NCBI GenBank assembly: GCA_023920165.1
Contig: CP089277.1
Span: forward strand, 992,001-1,056,000
Reading direction: 5' to 3'
Origin: Curvularia clavata
Taxonomy: Eukaryota
Length of the DNA stretch: 64,000 nucleotides
Both the position numbers and the translations under genes were made by a program. How positions within the stretch are numbered: position 1 is the stretch's first letter; every line of letters starts with the position of its first letter. Positions 36,442-47,603 of this stretch are shown piece after piece. The notes beneath the pieces are model-generated. The model saw only the letters and a list, made by a program, of their open reading frames with translations. It made no database searches and was not told the origin of the DNA.

Positions 36442-38686
36442 ATGCGGTACAACGCACTCTTTGCCGGCCTGCTGGCCGTTACTCGAGGCAGCTCTGTATC
36501 TGCCTCAACCACTTATCACATTGAGAGTGAGGTCGTTGAGCAGCTTCACAACGTTCCAGAAGGCTGGAGTGAAGTCGGTGTGCCAGATCCGGACCAGAAG
36601 CTACGTTTCCGCATTGCCCTGCGCTCGGTGAGTTTTTCCTTTTCTTTTTTTCCCCCAAAAGCTACGGTAGTTGCCACAATGTACTATCCGCCAGCACGTA
36701 TACTGTACATTCCCCTTTTCCTTCTCTTTCTCCAAAAGTTGCGGTAGTTGTCACAGTCTACCATTTGCTGTGTTCATCGCATGCATACTCTACATTCCCT
36801 TTTCGTTTTTCTAAAAGTTGCGGTAGTTGCCACAGTGTACTATCTGCTAGCACATATACTTTACATTCCCTTTTTCCTTTTATTTTTTCCAAAAGATGCG
36901 GTAGTTGTCACAGTCTACTATTTGCTGTGTTCCTACTCCGCGTTCCTTTCTCTCTACAAACCCACCACCCTATCATCAAAAATAGTGGTATTTGTCACAG
37001 CTTTTTTTCTTTTTTCTGACCATATTTCAGGCGGACCGCGAACTATTCGAGAGAACGCTTATGGAGATTTCTTCTCCAAGCCATCCTCGATATGGGAAGC
37101 ACCTAAAGCGAGATGAACTCAAAGACCTTATCAAGCCGCGAGCTGAATCGGCTTCAAATGTTCTCAGCTGGCTCGAGGAGTCCGGAATTGAAGCCAAAGA
37201 CATTGAAAATGATGGCGAATGGATTAACTTTTACGCTCCAGTAAAACGTGCGGAGCAAATGATGGGCACCAATTTCAAAACTTATCAAAGTGAAGCGCAT
37301 TCTAATATTAGGAAGATTCGCTCTTTGGGATACTCAGTTCCCAAAAATGTGCGGGATGATATCGACATTATCCAGCCCACAACACGTTTTGGTCAGATTC
37401 AGCCGGAATTCAGTCAGGTGTTCAGTCAAGAGGAAATCCCGTTTTCGCTTGCCGTCAATGCGACATGTGACAGGAGGATCAATCCTGATTGTCTGGCGGA
37501 GCTTTACAACTACAAAGATTATAAGCCTAGCGATGTCAACATCACCATCGGAGTCAGTGGCTTCCTAGAGCAATACGCTCGCTTCGCCGACTTGGAACAG
37601 TTCATCACCATGTTCGCACCAAAGGCAGCTGGTTCTACGTTCGCAGTTACACAAGTCAACGCAGGACCTTTCGACCAAAACTCGACAGCAGACAGCGTCG
37701 AAGCTAACCTGGACATCCAGTACACTGCAGGTCTTGTCGCGCCCAGTATCGCAACTCGCTTCTTCACCACTCCCGGCCGTGGACTTCTGGTCCCTGATCT
37801 CGACCAACCTACCCAAGCTGACAACAACAACGAGCCCTATCTGGATTACTTTACATATCTTGTTGGCCTTGAAGATGGAGAGCTCCCCGAGGTACTGACG
37901 ACATCGTACGGTGAAAACGAGCAGAGTGTACCTGCTGAATACGCGAAGAAGGTCTGCGACCTGATTGGCCAACTAGGCACCCGTGGTGTTTCCGTCATCT
38001 TCTCCAGCGGTGATACCGGCCCTGGATCAGCGTGCCAGACCAACGATGGAAAGAACACGACCCGTTTCATGCCCACCTTCCCCGCTTCTTGCCCCTACGT
38101 CACTTCTGTGGGCGGCACTTTTGGTATTCAGCCTGAGAAAGCCGTTGAGTTCTCTTCTGGTGGCTTTTCAGATCTCTACCCTCGACCTGCCTACCAAGAA
38201 AAGGCTGTGACTAGCTACCTCGAAAAGCTTGGGGACCGCTGGAAGGGTCTCTACAACCCTCAAGGTCGCGGAATTCCCGATGTTGCTGCTCAGGGACAGA
38301 ATTTCCAGGTCGTCGACAAAGGCAGAGTGATATTGGTTGGAGGAACGAGTGCTTCAGCTCCCGCGTTCGCGTCTGTGGTGGCGCTCTTGAATAACGCGCG
38401 CAAGGCGGCGGGTATGCCTCCGCTCGGTTTTTTGAACCCTTGGATCTACGAGCAAGGATACAAGGGCTTGACCGATATCACAGCAGGAGGCTCAACTGGA
38501 TGCACCGGAAGATCCATTTACTCGGGACGCCCAGCGCCGCGTGTTCCTTATGCCTCCTGGAATGCCACCGAGGGATGGGATCCTGTTACAGGCCACGGCA
38601 CACCTGATTTCAAGCAATTGCTGAGCCTTGCTACAGCGCCTCAGCAACGCCGTGTCCGTCGTGGTGGTCTCGGTGGCATGGCTTGA
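36442..38686 (+). CDS. Tripeptidyl-peptidase (sedolisin, peptidase S53), secreted
   Basis: Exons 36442-36627 and 37031-38686 (403-nt intron). Signal peptide and pro-kumamolisin domain. Catalytic EANLD, SSGD, GGTSASAP. Ca-binding GWDPVTGHGTP. Confidence 0.95.
36656..37000 (+). repeat. Intronic minisatellite, units of about 78 nt arranged A-B-A-B plus a partial fifth
   Basis: Units start at about 36656, 36733, 36812, 36890 and 36977 with core AAAAG(C/T/A)T(A/G)CGGTAGTTG(C/T)CACA. The first three end in TACATTCCC plus a pyrimidine tract. Confidence 0.9.
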
Positions 38687-39947
38687 GCATGTCTGTGCGA
38701 CCGACGTTCGTGCTGAAGCTTCAGGTAACAAGCGATAGGAGGACCCTTAGATAGAACATGCGCTCCCTGAATCATATTTTCATAATAAGCGAACCGAAAT
38801 TCCGTTCAGAAAGTGACAGTATGAGTGCAGAAATACAGTCCACACACACTTCGCTGGTACCATGACGATGGTGGCTTTTTCCCAGCCATGCCCTATGCCA
38901 CGCGGAAGCCACAAGCGCGGCTTCCCATCAACAAAGAATGCTGACAACACCATTGAACGTCACCTCGTGCCTTTATGCTTCGCAATACTCGTATCCCACC
39001 ATAATACTGCGACCCCGGCACAAACAATCTACAATGTGAGCATTGCGACACGCTCTGGAGCAGCCTCGGCATGACTCGAGGCAAATTCAGCGAATTTCGC
39101 GAGCTGCCTCATGCGGTTAATACCGCCAACAGTAGCTTCTGCCAAAGCAAGACAAGCATTCGCCACGGTGCTTGATCCCCCGACACCCATGCGGATAAAC
39201 CCAACTACGAAAACGGGGCCCCGAGCCAATCGCTGGTCACGGCAGCCCATAGCAATTCGCGGTGTGCCGGCGCATTGAACATGCTGTGGCCATGCACTCC
39301 GGCTTTAAGAAGGAAGATAAGAGTGGGCGTTTTTACACCACCAAAGAGGGTCCTTCGCCCGCCGGCTATCAGGGAAATACGAATGAGCGTGGCGTTGCTT
39401 GGTGAACGTGGCGGAGTGCATGGCGGGGCTTGTGGAAGCTTTGCAGTGTTAGTTTCGGTCCATATGCGTGGTTTGTTGTCCGTAGACTGACCTCTTACAG
39501 TACGCTGCCATATGTTCCTGGGCGCAATATACAGGGATATCAAAGACATTTTCAACTGTTCGGTGTTCCCCGGATGCTTCCACTGCATGCAGCTGGCCGT
39601 TATTGGACATTAGCGACCGAAATATCATTACATGAACGGTCCGATCGCATGCATAGAAATTTTGGTGCAGATCTGTTCCGAGCAAGCGATCATATGCGCC
39701 TGCCTAACCTGGCAAAGAGCGGGGCGTCCAGTATGCGATAGACCGTCGGTACCTGGCCGAGTACAGCAAAGATAGGTGCCGCGTCGCGTGCAAGGTAGTC
39801 CCAACATGATGTCAGTTTCGGGGCTTCTGGCTGTACTTCAAGAAGGCTGCCCGCCCGCTGCATTGCCTTCTTCACGGCCATTGATAGTCACAGCTCGAGA
39901 GTGGCTAACGATCAATTCCGGCATCGCTAAATCGAAGCAAAGTCAAT

Positions 39948-41695
39948 ATGCAGCTTCTTTCAATCATTGCTGTGGGTGGCCTCGCAGCCAGCGTTTCTGC
40001 ACGAAGCGCTCGCTCCGTTGGCAAGAAGGTCGAGCTTCCTCGTCCTCGCATTACAGTTCCGACGCAGAATCTGCGACCTCACAAGCGCGAGAGCCCTAAG
40101 ATCATCAACACTGAGGCCTCCAAGGGTATGTATATGAATAAGACAGTAATGTGTGCGAACTCAGCTAACGCGATTTAGCATTCGCTGTCAATGGCACCGC
40201 TGGAGCCATTCCCCAAGTCAACTTTGACATTGGCGAGTCTTATGCTGGCCTTCTCCCCATCAGCGAAGCTGCCAATTCTTCTGAGCTCTACTTCTGGTTC
40301 TTTCCTTCAGAAAACCCAGATGCTTGCGAAGAGATCACAATCTGGCTGAACGGTAAGCTGGCGTTGTCTCTTGTTTCGAGTCCCCTCTAATACGCCACAG
40401 GTGGTCCAGGTTGCTCTTCCCTTGAGGGTTTCCTCCAAGAAAACGGCCCGATCTCGTGGCAATACGGCAGCGGTCCCGGTCCCGTGTACAACCCATGGAA
40501 CTGGGCCAACCTCACCAACATGGTCTGGGTTGAGCAGCCTGTCGGTACTGGCTTCACCCAGGGCAAGCCTACCGCTACTTCACAGGAAGAGGTTGCCGAG
40601 GAGTTCCTTGGCTTCTTCAAGAATTTTGTTGATACTTTCGGTCTGCAGAACCGCAAAGTGTACATCACGGGCGAGTCCTACGCTGGCCGCTATGTCCCAT
40701 ACATTGCCGACGCCATGTTGAACAAGAACGACTCCACATACTACGATGTCAAGGGTGTCATGTTCTACGATCCCAGTGTTGCTGAGGATGTTCTCCTCGA
40801 GGATATCCCCGCAGTTCCTTTCGTCGACAAGTGGGCTGGTCTCTTCAACTTCAACCAGAGCTTCATGGATGACATCCATAACCGCTCCGAAGCTTGCGGC
40901 TACGATGAGTACATGGAGAAGTACCTCACTTTCCCTCCTCCAGGAAAGCTGCCTACTCCTGAGAAGAACGCCAAGACCGAGGGCTGCTCCCTCTGGCAAG
41001 ATATCTTCGATGCCGTCTTCTACACCAACCCTTGCTTCGACGTCTATGCCATTGCGACGACCTGCCCACTGCTCTGGGATCCCCTCGGCTTCCCCGGTTC
41101 CTTCGACTACCTGCCCCCAGGCACGGACATCTACTTCAACCGCAGTGACGTGCAAGCCGCCATCAACGCGCCCATTCAGCCATGGGCCGAGTGCTCAAAC
41201 GGCGTTCTCGACACAGACACGTCGGCTCAGTCCTCTTGGGAAGTCATTCCCCGCATCATCGACCAGCTTGACCGCACCATCATTGCTCACGGCGAGCTTG
41301 ACTATATCCTCCTCTACAACGGTACTCTTATGGCTATCCAGAACATGACCTGGGGCGGCATGCAAGGTTTCCAAAACCCGCCTACCGACGACTTCTACGT
41401 CCCCTACCACACCGACCTGAGCCTGACTAGTCTGAGTGCCAAAGGTCTCATGGGCAAGACGATTACTGAGCGCAAGCTTACCTACGTTCAGCAAGCCCTC
41501 AGTGGACACATGGTGCCGCAGTACCAGCCCAGCAGTGCCTACAGGCAGCTCGAGTTCTTGCTCGGCCGAATTGAGAGCTTGACCAGCAGGGTGCCGTTTA
41601 CCACACTGCCTAAGGAGCCGCAGAGCAATGCGACCAGCATTGGCGAGAAGCGTGATTTGGCGGCCATGGGAACGGAGTTTAAGAAGTGGTTTTAA
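39948..41695 (+). CDS. Secreted serine carboxypeptidase (peptidase S10)
   Basis: Exons 39948-40125, 40179-40352, 40401-41695. Signal peptide. Motifs [39 protein letters not shown]. Confidence 0.95.
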
Positions 41696-41832
41696 GTGAT
41701 CTCTTCTTGGACGAGATAAATGAAAGAAGCAATGAATAAGTAATTAGCCTCTTGTAGTTGTAATGTCCCTTCTATATAATGAATAAGATGATACTCCAAA
41801 TCCCTATCCCTCTATCACTTCTAAACTTCCGT

Positions 41833-43083
41833 TTACCCTGCCACATTCTCAACCTCCCTACTCCCATCCATAGCCACAACCCCCTCTGCTCTCTCTGCCT
41901 TCTCCTTAGGCACCTCCGCAAAAATCTTCATAATAGCCTCAATCGTCGTATTCCCTCCACTGAACACAACACCCACATTCCACCCTTTCTCTCCCGCCTC
42001 CTTCTGCACCATGCGCCTAAAATCCTCATTGTACAGCACCGTCGCAAGCCCGACGACAGCCGAAGGTTCAACAAAACACTTCATGCGCTCGAGAACAAGC
42101 TGCATCGCTTTCTTGATATCCTGCTCTGAGACAGCGTACAAGCCTTGAACATACTTTGGATTCGACACCACGACCCAGTTGTGCTCGCCCAGCGGGGTGC
42201 GCAGTCCATCTGCGATCGTAAGCGTTTTAACAGAGGTAACGCGCTGACCCGCTTGTACCCCGCGCCTTGCATCATCGCCACCTTCGAAGCTGGGCTCTGC
42301 GCCGAACACACGGATTCCCGTGCCATGAAGCGCAGTAGCGATACCGCTGAGCATGCCGCCGCCGCCGCAGGGCGCAATCACAGCATCGAGCTTACTACCA
42401 TCAGCTTGGCTGGCCAGCAGCTCAGCAACTTGCTCTTGGATCTCAAGTGCCATGGTACCCTGACCAAGGATGATATCCGGGTGGTCGTATGGCGGGACGA
42501 GCGTCGCACCGGTTTCTTTAATCACGTCTGCGACGACGGCTTCGCGCTCTGTGCTGGTGGACCCGGAGAAGTGCAGAGTAGCGTTTTGCGCGCGCGTCCC
42601 GGCAATCTTGGAGGGCGTGGAGATGCGTGGCATCACGATATGTGCGGGGATGCTGAAGGTGCGGGCGGCGAGGGCGAGGGCTTGCGCATGATTTCCTGCC
42701 AAATAGTGTTAGATGGGAGGTGCTGATAGAAGGATAGCAAAAGATGTACCGCTGCTGTGCGTAACCACGCCTTTCCTCCTCACTTCATCCAGTCCTTCTC
42801 TTTCAATCAATCGCGTGACGGCGTGGAATGCCCCCCGTACTTTGAACGCTCCGATACGCTGAAAGTTTTCGCATTTGAAGAATAAACGGATTTTGGGATT
42901 CGCGGGTTCCTGGCCTTCCCATTGCGTTCCTTGGAGTGCTTCGGGCGTCTGGGGCGTAGACGCAAGATTCGTCAGTGTGGTGTTGGTCAGCACAGGTGTA
43001 TGGTGGATGTGGGGTTTGATTAGAGTGTGTGCGGCTTCGACAGACGACCGGGTTAGAGAGGGGTGCGGGGATGCGGTAGACAT
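41833..43083 (-). CDS. PLP-dependent serine/threonine dehydratase / serine racemase (Sry1-like)
   Basis: Exons 43083-42750 and 42695-41833. Motifs KCENFQRIGAFKVRGA, HSSG|NHAQ, PCGGGGML, TIADGL, VEPSA, SGGN. Confidence 0.93.
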
Positions 43084-43104
43084 GGTTTTCAGATCTTGTG
43101 GCAG

Positions 43105-43410
43105 ATACAGCTGCGTGTAGTTTGGGTAAATTGTAATAATATCTGAGTACTATGTAGTTGTCTCAGATGTCGATTGCAACTTGGCAATTAGCCTATGCCG
43201 TGGCAAGCACAGCTGTGGGTAAATTAGTAAATGGCGACATTTGAATGCTGTGTAGTTATCTCAGGTATCAATTAAAGCTAAACATAAACTCTGTAGTTTT
43301 TCTCAAGTCGATATGTGTAAAAAGCTACGTAGTTGTCGCAAGAAATACTTTTTTTTCGAAGACGGTAGTTGTCGTATTCTTACCAATCACGTGATAACAC
43401 AACTACTGTG
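43105..43410. repeat. Degenerate repeat patch with GTAGTT(G/A/T)T cores
   Basis: Two diverged copies of acagctg..tgggtaaatt..gtagttRtctcagRtRtcRatt, further gtagtt cores, and a GTAGTTGT/ACAACTAC inverted pair. Confidence 0.6.
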
Positions 43411-43603
43411 CATCGCGTGGCAGACTATTAAGAAGTCTTCTTTATGGTAAACGACCATTGAACGTTTGAAGCTAGGCTGTTTCAAACGGGAACACTCAGG
43501 GGCCTTCAAAAGTATAGTATGGAGCACAGCTCTGTATCACATTCTCTTATTATTACAATCATGATTAGTATTACAAGTAACTACCAGAAAAAATTAAGAC
43601 AGT

Positions 43604-44581
43604 TTAGGTGGAGTACCCCATCTGCCATGTACCAAGCGGGCTAATGTAGCTTTTTCGAAGCTGAGGGCAAATTATCCTTTTCAGCTCCGGATAGAAATCC
43701 ATCTCGTAAGCGTCAAAGGGGACCTCATCCCAACGAACCTTGATGTCGACGTGCTTTGCACGCACAGAAAAACCAGCCGAGCGATATAGGTCTAATGACT
43801 TGCTTTTATCTTCAGCACAAAACCTCTTTGTGATGTTGAGGTTTATGATGTCAAGCTTCGTGAAGGCTGCGTTGTCTGTGAGGAGGCGCAGGAGACGAGC
43901 TCCTGCGCAATCTCCTTCAAGTTCGGAAACAGTTGTGTAGAAGCCAGTGGCTTCTGCTTCCCTCTTGCTTGGGTGTTTACAATCGGTCAACACCAGGTCG
44001 ACCCCGACAAATCGCAGCCACCCGTGGACAGACATAGGTGGGCTCAGGGGAATGCCAATCTTGGACATACTCCGAAATGGCTCCTTGCTGAGCTCTTCCT
44101 CGGAAAAGCCCGTGTAACAAGCGAAAGCTTCAGGCTTTTCAGCATCTGCCATATACATGTATTGCACTGTAGGATGGTCTCGCACACACTGGTAAGATGC
44201 GTGTATACGTTCGGGAACGTGGGGCTCTGGTGGCACTTGCTCTGCGCCCGTGTATACAGAAAGCATCATATCGATCTTTCTGGTGATGCTTTCGGCTATA
44301 TGATCGGTACGGGTGCGAACCACGTACTTCATTGGAGATTGATAAGATTTCTCCACCCCACAAACACTCCACTGTGGGTGCGGAACAACTGGATCAGCAG
44401 GGTCGTTATGACCATAGCGTTGCTGGTGGTGATGTGCTTGCTGATGCTCGTACATCTGCTGCCTGAAGGCTAGCTGGCATTGTGCGGCGTAGATGTTGGG
44501 GTAGAGATGCATGTTTATGTTGTGGTCCTGGCTCGCGTTGTTGTCCTGGTCTGCGCCGTGGAAGGTGTTGCTGCGGTCCAT
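43604..44581 (-). CDS. Hypothetical protein, 325 aa, single exon, Gln/His-rich N-terminus
   Basis: Uninterrupted 978-nt ORF with ATG in aagATGG context and protein-like composition. No family recognised. Confidence 0.6.
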   Translation of the reverse strand: MDRSNTFHGADQDNNASQDHNINMHLYPNIYAAQCQLAFRQQMYEHQQAHHHQQRYGHNDPADPVVPHPQWSVCGVEKSYQSPMKYVVRTRTDHIAESITRKIDMMLSVYTGAEQVPPEPHVPERIHASYQCVRDHPTVQYMYMADAEKPEAFACYTGFSEEELSKEPFRSMSKIGIPLSPPMSVHGWLRFVGVDLVLTDCKHPSKREAEATGFYTTVSELEGDCAGARLLRLLTDNAAFTKLDIINLNITKRFCAEDKSKSLDLYRSAGFSVRAKHVDIKVRWDEVPFDAYEMDFYPELKRIICPQLRKSYISPLGTWQMGYST

Positions 44582-47500
44582 CTTGGGAACGAGTTATGGG
44601 TTGGTCTTGAGATCGACGCACGAGCTTGGCTTGAGGTTAAGGTATGAAGTCGACTTGAGTTAGATGTATGACTTCAATTTAGGCTCGATGTATGAACTCG
44701 ACTCTTCCTCAATGCTGGAGCTGAGTACGCGGATGGGAGAGTGGAGGAGAATTTTGGATCTGAGCAAACAAACGGACCACGGAGGTTCAGTGCCGAATCC
44801 GGAGGGCGTCCTTCTTAGAATGAACGAGGACAACGACTTGTGCAGGGCTCAGGAAAGCTGTGCAAACACCTACCTGACTAAGCAGCCCTTGCTCACTCTA
44901 GATTAAACCACACAGAATCTTATATTCCGATTCACTGTTGTGGAGCTTTGGTTCTTGACCTACGCCTTGCAGAAGCGCACAGAAGGTCTTTTGAGAAATC
45001 CCATTGTTGACAGGGATGCACACACCTGCGACGGCGCGTTCGATTAGCTGCCCGACGAAGTTGCCACATCCGTCGCCAAACATGCCGTAATGCATGTTGT
45101 TACGAGTATGGAATTTGTCGGTATGAAGAACATCGCTTACGGCCTGACGGCGGGCGTTTGTTGGTTGCTGTTCCGAATAAAAGCAACCTATGACCTGAGT
45201 GGGGGCTAAGCCACACAGGAAGAGGCTCATTATACCGCCTCAGATTGAATGAAGCAGATATTGCTACGGTTATATCAAGCTGTTCTCTAGCTCCTTTCCA
45301 TAGTCAATTCTGGGTCTTGTCGCGCCTGGACCTGTAGATTGGCATTGATAGAGAGTCTGATCCCTTTTGCCACTATGACTACAAGTCGCAACACTTCCTC
45401 TTTTCCTATGGCCGATGCTGTACTTGCCATCTTTAAATAGGATCCGTGCTGAAAGCATCTCTTTTGGCGCCATTGATTCTGCCCACATCCTGAGCATGGT
45501 CTACCTAATTGGCCACCACAAATGGTTGTCTGGGCAGGTGCATGGGACCTCTATTGCAGATAGAATCAATAGAGAATCTAGGGGTTGTCCACTGGAATCC
45601 GTATCAAGGTAGAATTTAGGGGATGTCGTGAATCTGTGAGTCCCAAGTGAGGACGTGGAGTACTCGATTATTGTGCCGGTATTTCCTACCGCCGTTTACC
45701 TCAAGAGCAGACATATAACAATCTGCGTTTGCTTGCAGGAAGTTCTACTTGTATATAAACCCGATAATTCAAACTCCCATCACCGGGCAGCGGCCTCGAC
45801 CCCGGGGGTCGTTGCCCGGGCGGCAAGAACTGAGCTAACTTCTCGCAGGTGTTCTTCGGTTTGAATAATGTTCCCCATAGCTTGACTGTAACAGGTTCGA
45901 GTATGGGTGAGGATGGTGGGCGGGCCTTTTTTTTTGTGTTTTGCTCCCGTAACCCCAATTGCGTGGACAAACGCAAGATAGACACGACAACTTTCGTTGG
46001 GACTGCAGAAGCCAGCACAAGCACGACAGTCGAGAGCCCAAGAATTTTCTTTTTACAATGATCCGCTACTGTGCTGATAATGCTGCATTAGCAGAAGGCG
46101 TGTCCTGTGATGTCTCCAGATGGGGGCAGCTCGAGGCGGTCGGAGTTAGACTGTTTCTGCAGGCTTTCAACACCACCCTACCAACACCAAAACTTGCAGC
46201 ATGCAACACCGCCTGCAAGCGCTGCAACAGGCTGAGTAGGGCACAGAAAGCCATTCGTATGCTACTACATGGCCACGAAGACGAAGAATACCTTTGGCAA
46301 ACCGCCGCCGGTGGCCACACAGACCCATCGAGATCCTACGTCGATAGCGAAGAAGCCCACTCAAACCTGCAACGGCAGTCCGACCGAGATGAGAACAACT
46401 AAACAAGCATCCCGAAGCGTATACTTGGACACCGAGTTGGCGGGGAACGCTATCATACATGGCATTGCTGGAGGTCGTACAGGTCGCTGGCCAAAGAGGC
46501 GTATCCATTTTACACAGGATCCTGATGTGCTGGACTCGGCTGGACACATTCATGAGCTATCCGTAAGGATGCTGGAATTGCGATGGGGGCCAGGGTCAAA
46601 TTCTCTTAGCCCTTCAGCATATAGCACATCTAGGACAATCCAGCGAAGATCTCTTCTCGGCCGCCAGATGGATATAGAGAGAGCCCCGTGCCAAACGATG
46701 GCCTGGATGTTACAGGGCATAGAGTACTGAGGTTCGACTGCATCGGCTCATCTGAGGCATTTTGAAAGCAGCAATGATGGCTTCTTCAGAGTCAGCGGTT
46801 GGCCATGGCCAGCCGACGCCGTCGAAGAGATCACTACAGCACGAAACAAGAAGCGACAGGGAAAGACACAAGTCGGCTCTATCGGCACTAAATCGAGTAG
46901 GAGATCCAGAGGTTGACAAGTAGACACAGATCCAGGCAGCGTTTCAGCGCTTGAGTCGACAATAGGAGCCAGTACAGCGAGGGTAGAATCCGTGACAGCA
47001 TCAACAGAATGAATATGCGCAACCGACCGCCGCGGCATATCCAATCGAAAGTTGGGACACTTCAATACAGGAGATGTACTGAGCTCCTGAGCTCTTGAGC
47101 TCCAGAGGGCGTACTAGCTCGAGCATGGGCAGGGAAGGAAACGGCATATTGCGGCAAGGGAATAGCCTTGGGGCAATATGGGTTTGTGTGGGAATACAAC
47201 CATTGCGCAAGACAAAAGGGCAAGTCTGTCGTTAGATCAGTAGGCACAAAAGGCAATCAAGTCACGAGCAATGTCAGTAGAGGCACGGCAAGCAGCGAGA
47301 GGTTCAGGCGGCGAGAGGTAGCAGATGCATTGGATCGAAGCGGTATCCTATATAGGCTGTTAATGTCAGCAGCGGCCCCCGCAGCAAGGAGATAGGGAGG
47401 AAGAAGGAAAGGGAGTTGAGGTAGCAGACTGTGATGAGTTGTTGTAGAGAAGGTGGAAGAGAGGTGGTTGGCAAACAAGGCGTTGCCTGACTTGGGAGCG

Positions 47501-47603
47501 GCCCATGCACGCTAGTGGCCATGGCCGTTTGCAGTCACGTCACGTCGCCCCAGATTCTCTCCGCTTTGCATGCAAAGAACCCCAGCATTTGCCGTGTGGT
47601 GCT

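Noticed and set aside
36748..37116. Hydrophobic repetitive ORFs (KVAVVATVYYLL...)
   Set aside because: Translations of the intronic minisatellite. Splicing 36627 to 37031 restores the sedolisin prodomain.
46725..46750. GGTTCGACT T-loop-like motif
   Set aside because: No cloverleaf, D-arm or acceptor stem around it. Not a tRNA.
45959..47010. Adjacent 147-aa and 153-aa ORFs, possible broken gene
   Set aside because: No recognisable motif or consistent splice model. BLASTX would be needed to support a pseudogene call.
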